A stretch of 64,000 bases of DNA. It comes from Squalus acanthias. Lineage: Eukaryota. The stretch covers positions 40,176,001 through 40,240,000 of the forward strand of contig CM059445.1 in NCBI GenBank assembly GCA_030390025.1. The letters are read 5' to 3'. How positions within the stretch are numbered: the stretch's first letter is position 1; every line of letters begins with the position of its first letter. The position numbers were made by a program, and so were the translations under genes. This document shows positions 61,252 through 64,000 of this stretch, piece after piece. The notes beneath the pieces were generated by a model. It searched no databases. It had not been told where the DNA came from and saw only the letters and a list, made by a program, of their open reading frames with translations.

Positions 61252-63440
61252 TATACGAACATACGAATTAGGAGCAGGAGAAGGCCACTCGGCCCTTCGA
61301 GCCTGCTCCACCATTCAATAAGATCATGGCTGATCCGATTATTCCACATTCCCGCCTACCCTCGATAACTTTTCACCCCCTTGCTTACCAAGAATCTATC
61401 TACCTCTGCCTTAAAAATATTCAAAGACTCTGCTTCCACCGCCCTCTGAGGAAGAGAGTTCCAAAGACTCACAACCCTCTGTGAGAAAAAATTTCTCCTC
61501 ATCTCTGTCTTAAATGGGCGACCCCTTATTTTTTAACAGTGACCCCTAGTTCTAGATTCTCCCACAAGAGGAAACATCCTCTCCACATCCACCCTGTCCA
61601 GACCCCTCAGGATCTTATATGTTTCAATCAAGTCACCTCTTATTCTTCTAAACTCCAGCGGATACAAGCCTAGCCTGTCCAACCTTTCCTCATAAGACAA
61701 CCCGCCCATTCCAGGTATTAGTCTAGTAAACCTTCTCTGAACTGCTTCCAATGCATTTACATCCTTCCTTAAATAAGGAGACCAATACTGTACACAGTAC
61801 TCCAGATGTGGTCTCACCAATGCCCTGTATAACTGAAGCATAACCTCCCTACTTTTGTATTCAATTCCCCTCACAACAAACGATAACATTCTATTAGCTT
61901 TCCTAATTACTTGCTGTACCTGCATAGTAACCTTTTGTGATTCATGCACTAGGACACCCAGATCCCTCTGCATCTCAGAGCTCTGCAATCTCTCACCATT
62001 TAGATAATATGCTTCTTTTTTATTCTTCCTGCCAAAATGGACAACTTCACATTTTCCCACATTATACTCCATTTACCAGATCTTTGCCACTCACTTAACT
62101 TATCTATATCCCTTTGTAGCCTCCTTATGTCCTCTTCACAATTTACTTTCCTACCTATCTTTGTGTCATCAGCAAATTTAGCAAACATACCTTCGGGCCC
62201 TTCATCCAAGTCATTTATATAAATTGTAAAAAGTTGAGGCCCCAGCACTGATCCCTGTGGCACACCACTCATTACATCTTGCCAATCAGAAAATGACCCA
62301 TTTATGCCTACTCTCTGTTTCCTGTTAGCTAGCCAATTTTCTATCCATGCCAATATGTTGCCCCCTACACCATGACCTTTTATTTTCCGCAATAACCTTT
62401 GATGTGGCACCTTATCAAATGCCTTCTGGAAATCTAAGTACAGTACATCCACTGGTTCCCCTTTATCCACAGCACATGTTACTTCCTCAAAGAACTCCAA
62501 TAAATTGGTTAAACATGATTTCCCTTGCACAAAACCATGTTGACTCTGCCTGATTACTTTGAACTTTTCTAAATGCCCTGCTATAACGTCTTTAATAATA
62601 GCTTCTAACATCTTCCCTATGACAGATGTTAAGCTAACTGGTCTGTAGTTTCCTGCTTTCTGTCTCCCTTTTTGAATAAAGCAGTTACATTCGCTATTTT
62701 CCAATCTAATGGAACCTTTCCCGAATCTAGGGAATTTTGGAAAATTAAAACCAACGCATCAACTATCTCACTAGCCACTTCTTTTAAGACCCTAGGATGA
62801 AGTCCATCAGGACCTGGGGACTTGTCAGCCCGCAGCTCCAACAATTTGCTCAGTACCACTTCCCTGGTGATTATAATTTTCTTGAGCTCCTCCCTCCCTT
62901 CCATTTCCTAGTTTACAGCTATTTCTGGGATGTTTATTGTATCCTCTATAGTGAAGACCGATGCAAAATACCTGTTCAAAACAACTACCATCTCCTTATT
63001 TTCCATTATTAATTCCCCAGACTTACTTTTTATAGGACCAACGCTCACTTTGTTAACTCTTTTCTTTTTTAAATATCTATAGAAACTCTTACTATCTGTT
63101 TTTATATTTCTAGCTAGCTTTCTCTCATACTCTAATTTGTCTCTCCTTATTAATCTTTTAGTCATTTATTGCTGTTTTTTATATTCTGTCCAATCTTCTG
63201 ACCTGTCATCCATCTTTGTGCAATTATATGCTTTTTCTTTCAGTTTAATACTATCTATAACTTTTTTAGTTAACCACGGATAGTGGGTTCTCCCCTTGGA
63301 ATTTTTCATTCTTGTTGGAATGTATATATTCTGTGTATTTTGAAATGTCCCCTTAAATGTCTGCTACTGCAACTCTATTGACCTATCCCTTAACCTAATT
63401 TGCCAGTTCACTTTAGCTAGCTCTGCTTTCATGCCCTCAT
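61252..63440 (-). mobile_element. CR1 LINE, 5'-truncated, frameshifted ORF2
   Basis: ORFs 62908-63165, 62629-62904, 62000-62704 and 61533-62072 carry the full RT motif series. Confidence 0.96.
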
Positions 63441-63586
63441 AATTATATTAATTACTACAGACATTTTCTTTGAATGATCCCGTAGTGTTACTCTTAACTG
63501 TTTAGTATTCGTTTGTGATGAGCCGCAGTCAGAACCAAATCTGTAATACAGAGATTGGATTAAAAGACTTTAATCAGAGCACTAAC

Positions 63587-63644
63587 CTGTTACACCAGTC
63601 TGTGTCAGAAGGAACACCAACAGCTGCAGTAATATGCTCTCCAT
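63587..63644 (-). CDS. Gene B exon 1: signal peptide MESILLQLLVFLLTQTGVT(G)
   Basis: 58 nt; ATG followed by G; hydrophobic core; phase-1 donor CAG|gttagt matching the phase-1 V exon. Confidence 0.85.
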
Positions 63645-63687
63645 TCGACGTCCTCTTAATTCAGTTCAGTTTATTTCTATCTTCAAA

Positions 63688-63701
63688 TTATCTTATTTAT
63701 A
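63688..63701 (-). promoter_or_regulatory. Candidate TATA box (TATAAAT) and adjacent GATA site for gene B
   Basis: Lies ~50 nt upstream of the leader ATG; GGAA (ETS-like) cores at ~63825-63833. Confidence 0.35.
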
Positions 63702-64000
63702 CACAATTCTTTGGTACATAATCCTGTATCATGAACGGTGTCTCCTCAAGACTGTGTTTATTTCAGCTTAAGTGTTTGAAGAGACAGATCTGACCGCTTT
63801 GATCAACTAGGTTTAATGAGGGCAGGAAGGAAATGCATGTGTTTCATTTAGGTGTGTTGATGGTTTGTAACTAGCACACATGATATTCAAGACAGAAACC
63901 ACTGATTTTGTGTAGACCAATTCCATTTTCCATTGAATTAGAGTAACAGTGAATTGTTAGGGTGAATAATTTATTTCCATAGAATGAATTATTAAAAATC

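Overview
Eukaryotic genomic DNA, most likely from a shark or other cartilaginous fish: it carries HE1-type V-SINE, Deu-domain tRNA SINEs, and shark-type CR1, L2, RTE, Penelope and PIF/Harbinger repeats. Most long ORFs in the track are retrotransposon debris. Between the repeats I assembled by hand two complete, multi-exon, tail-to-tail immunoglobulin-superfamily genes with canonical GT-AG sites and consistent phases. Gene A (+, 6531-19788, 159 aa) has a leader, one short V-type domain with a CD28/CD28H-like extra Cys pair, a stalk and a terminal hydrophobic tail, so it is predicted to be GPI-anchored. Gene B (-, 63644-44279, 427 aa) has a leader, a germline-joined VJ-type domain (VYPP...GPGTRL), a B7-H6/SIRP-like C1 domain, an I/C2 domain, a TM segment with a juxtamembrane Arg, a 25-nt microexon encoding CxC, and a tyrosine-free tail ending in a class-I PDZ-type motif (TTEF). 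A frameshifted duplicate of the V exon sits in gene B intron 1. I cannot assign an orthologue to either gene. Family resemblances are from memory of known proteins and need database confirmation. Repeat boundaries are approximate.
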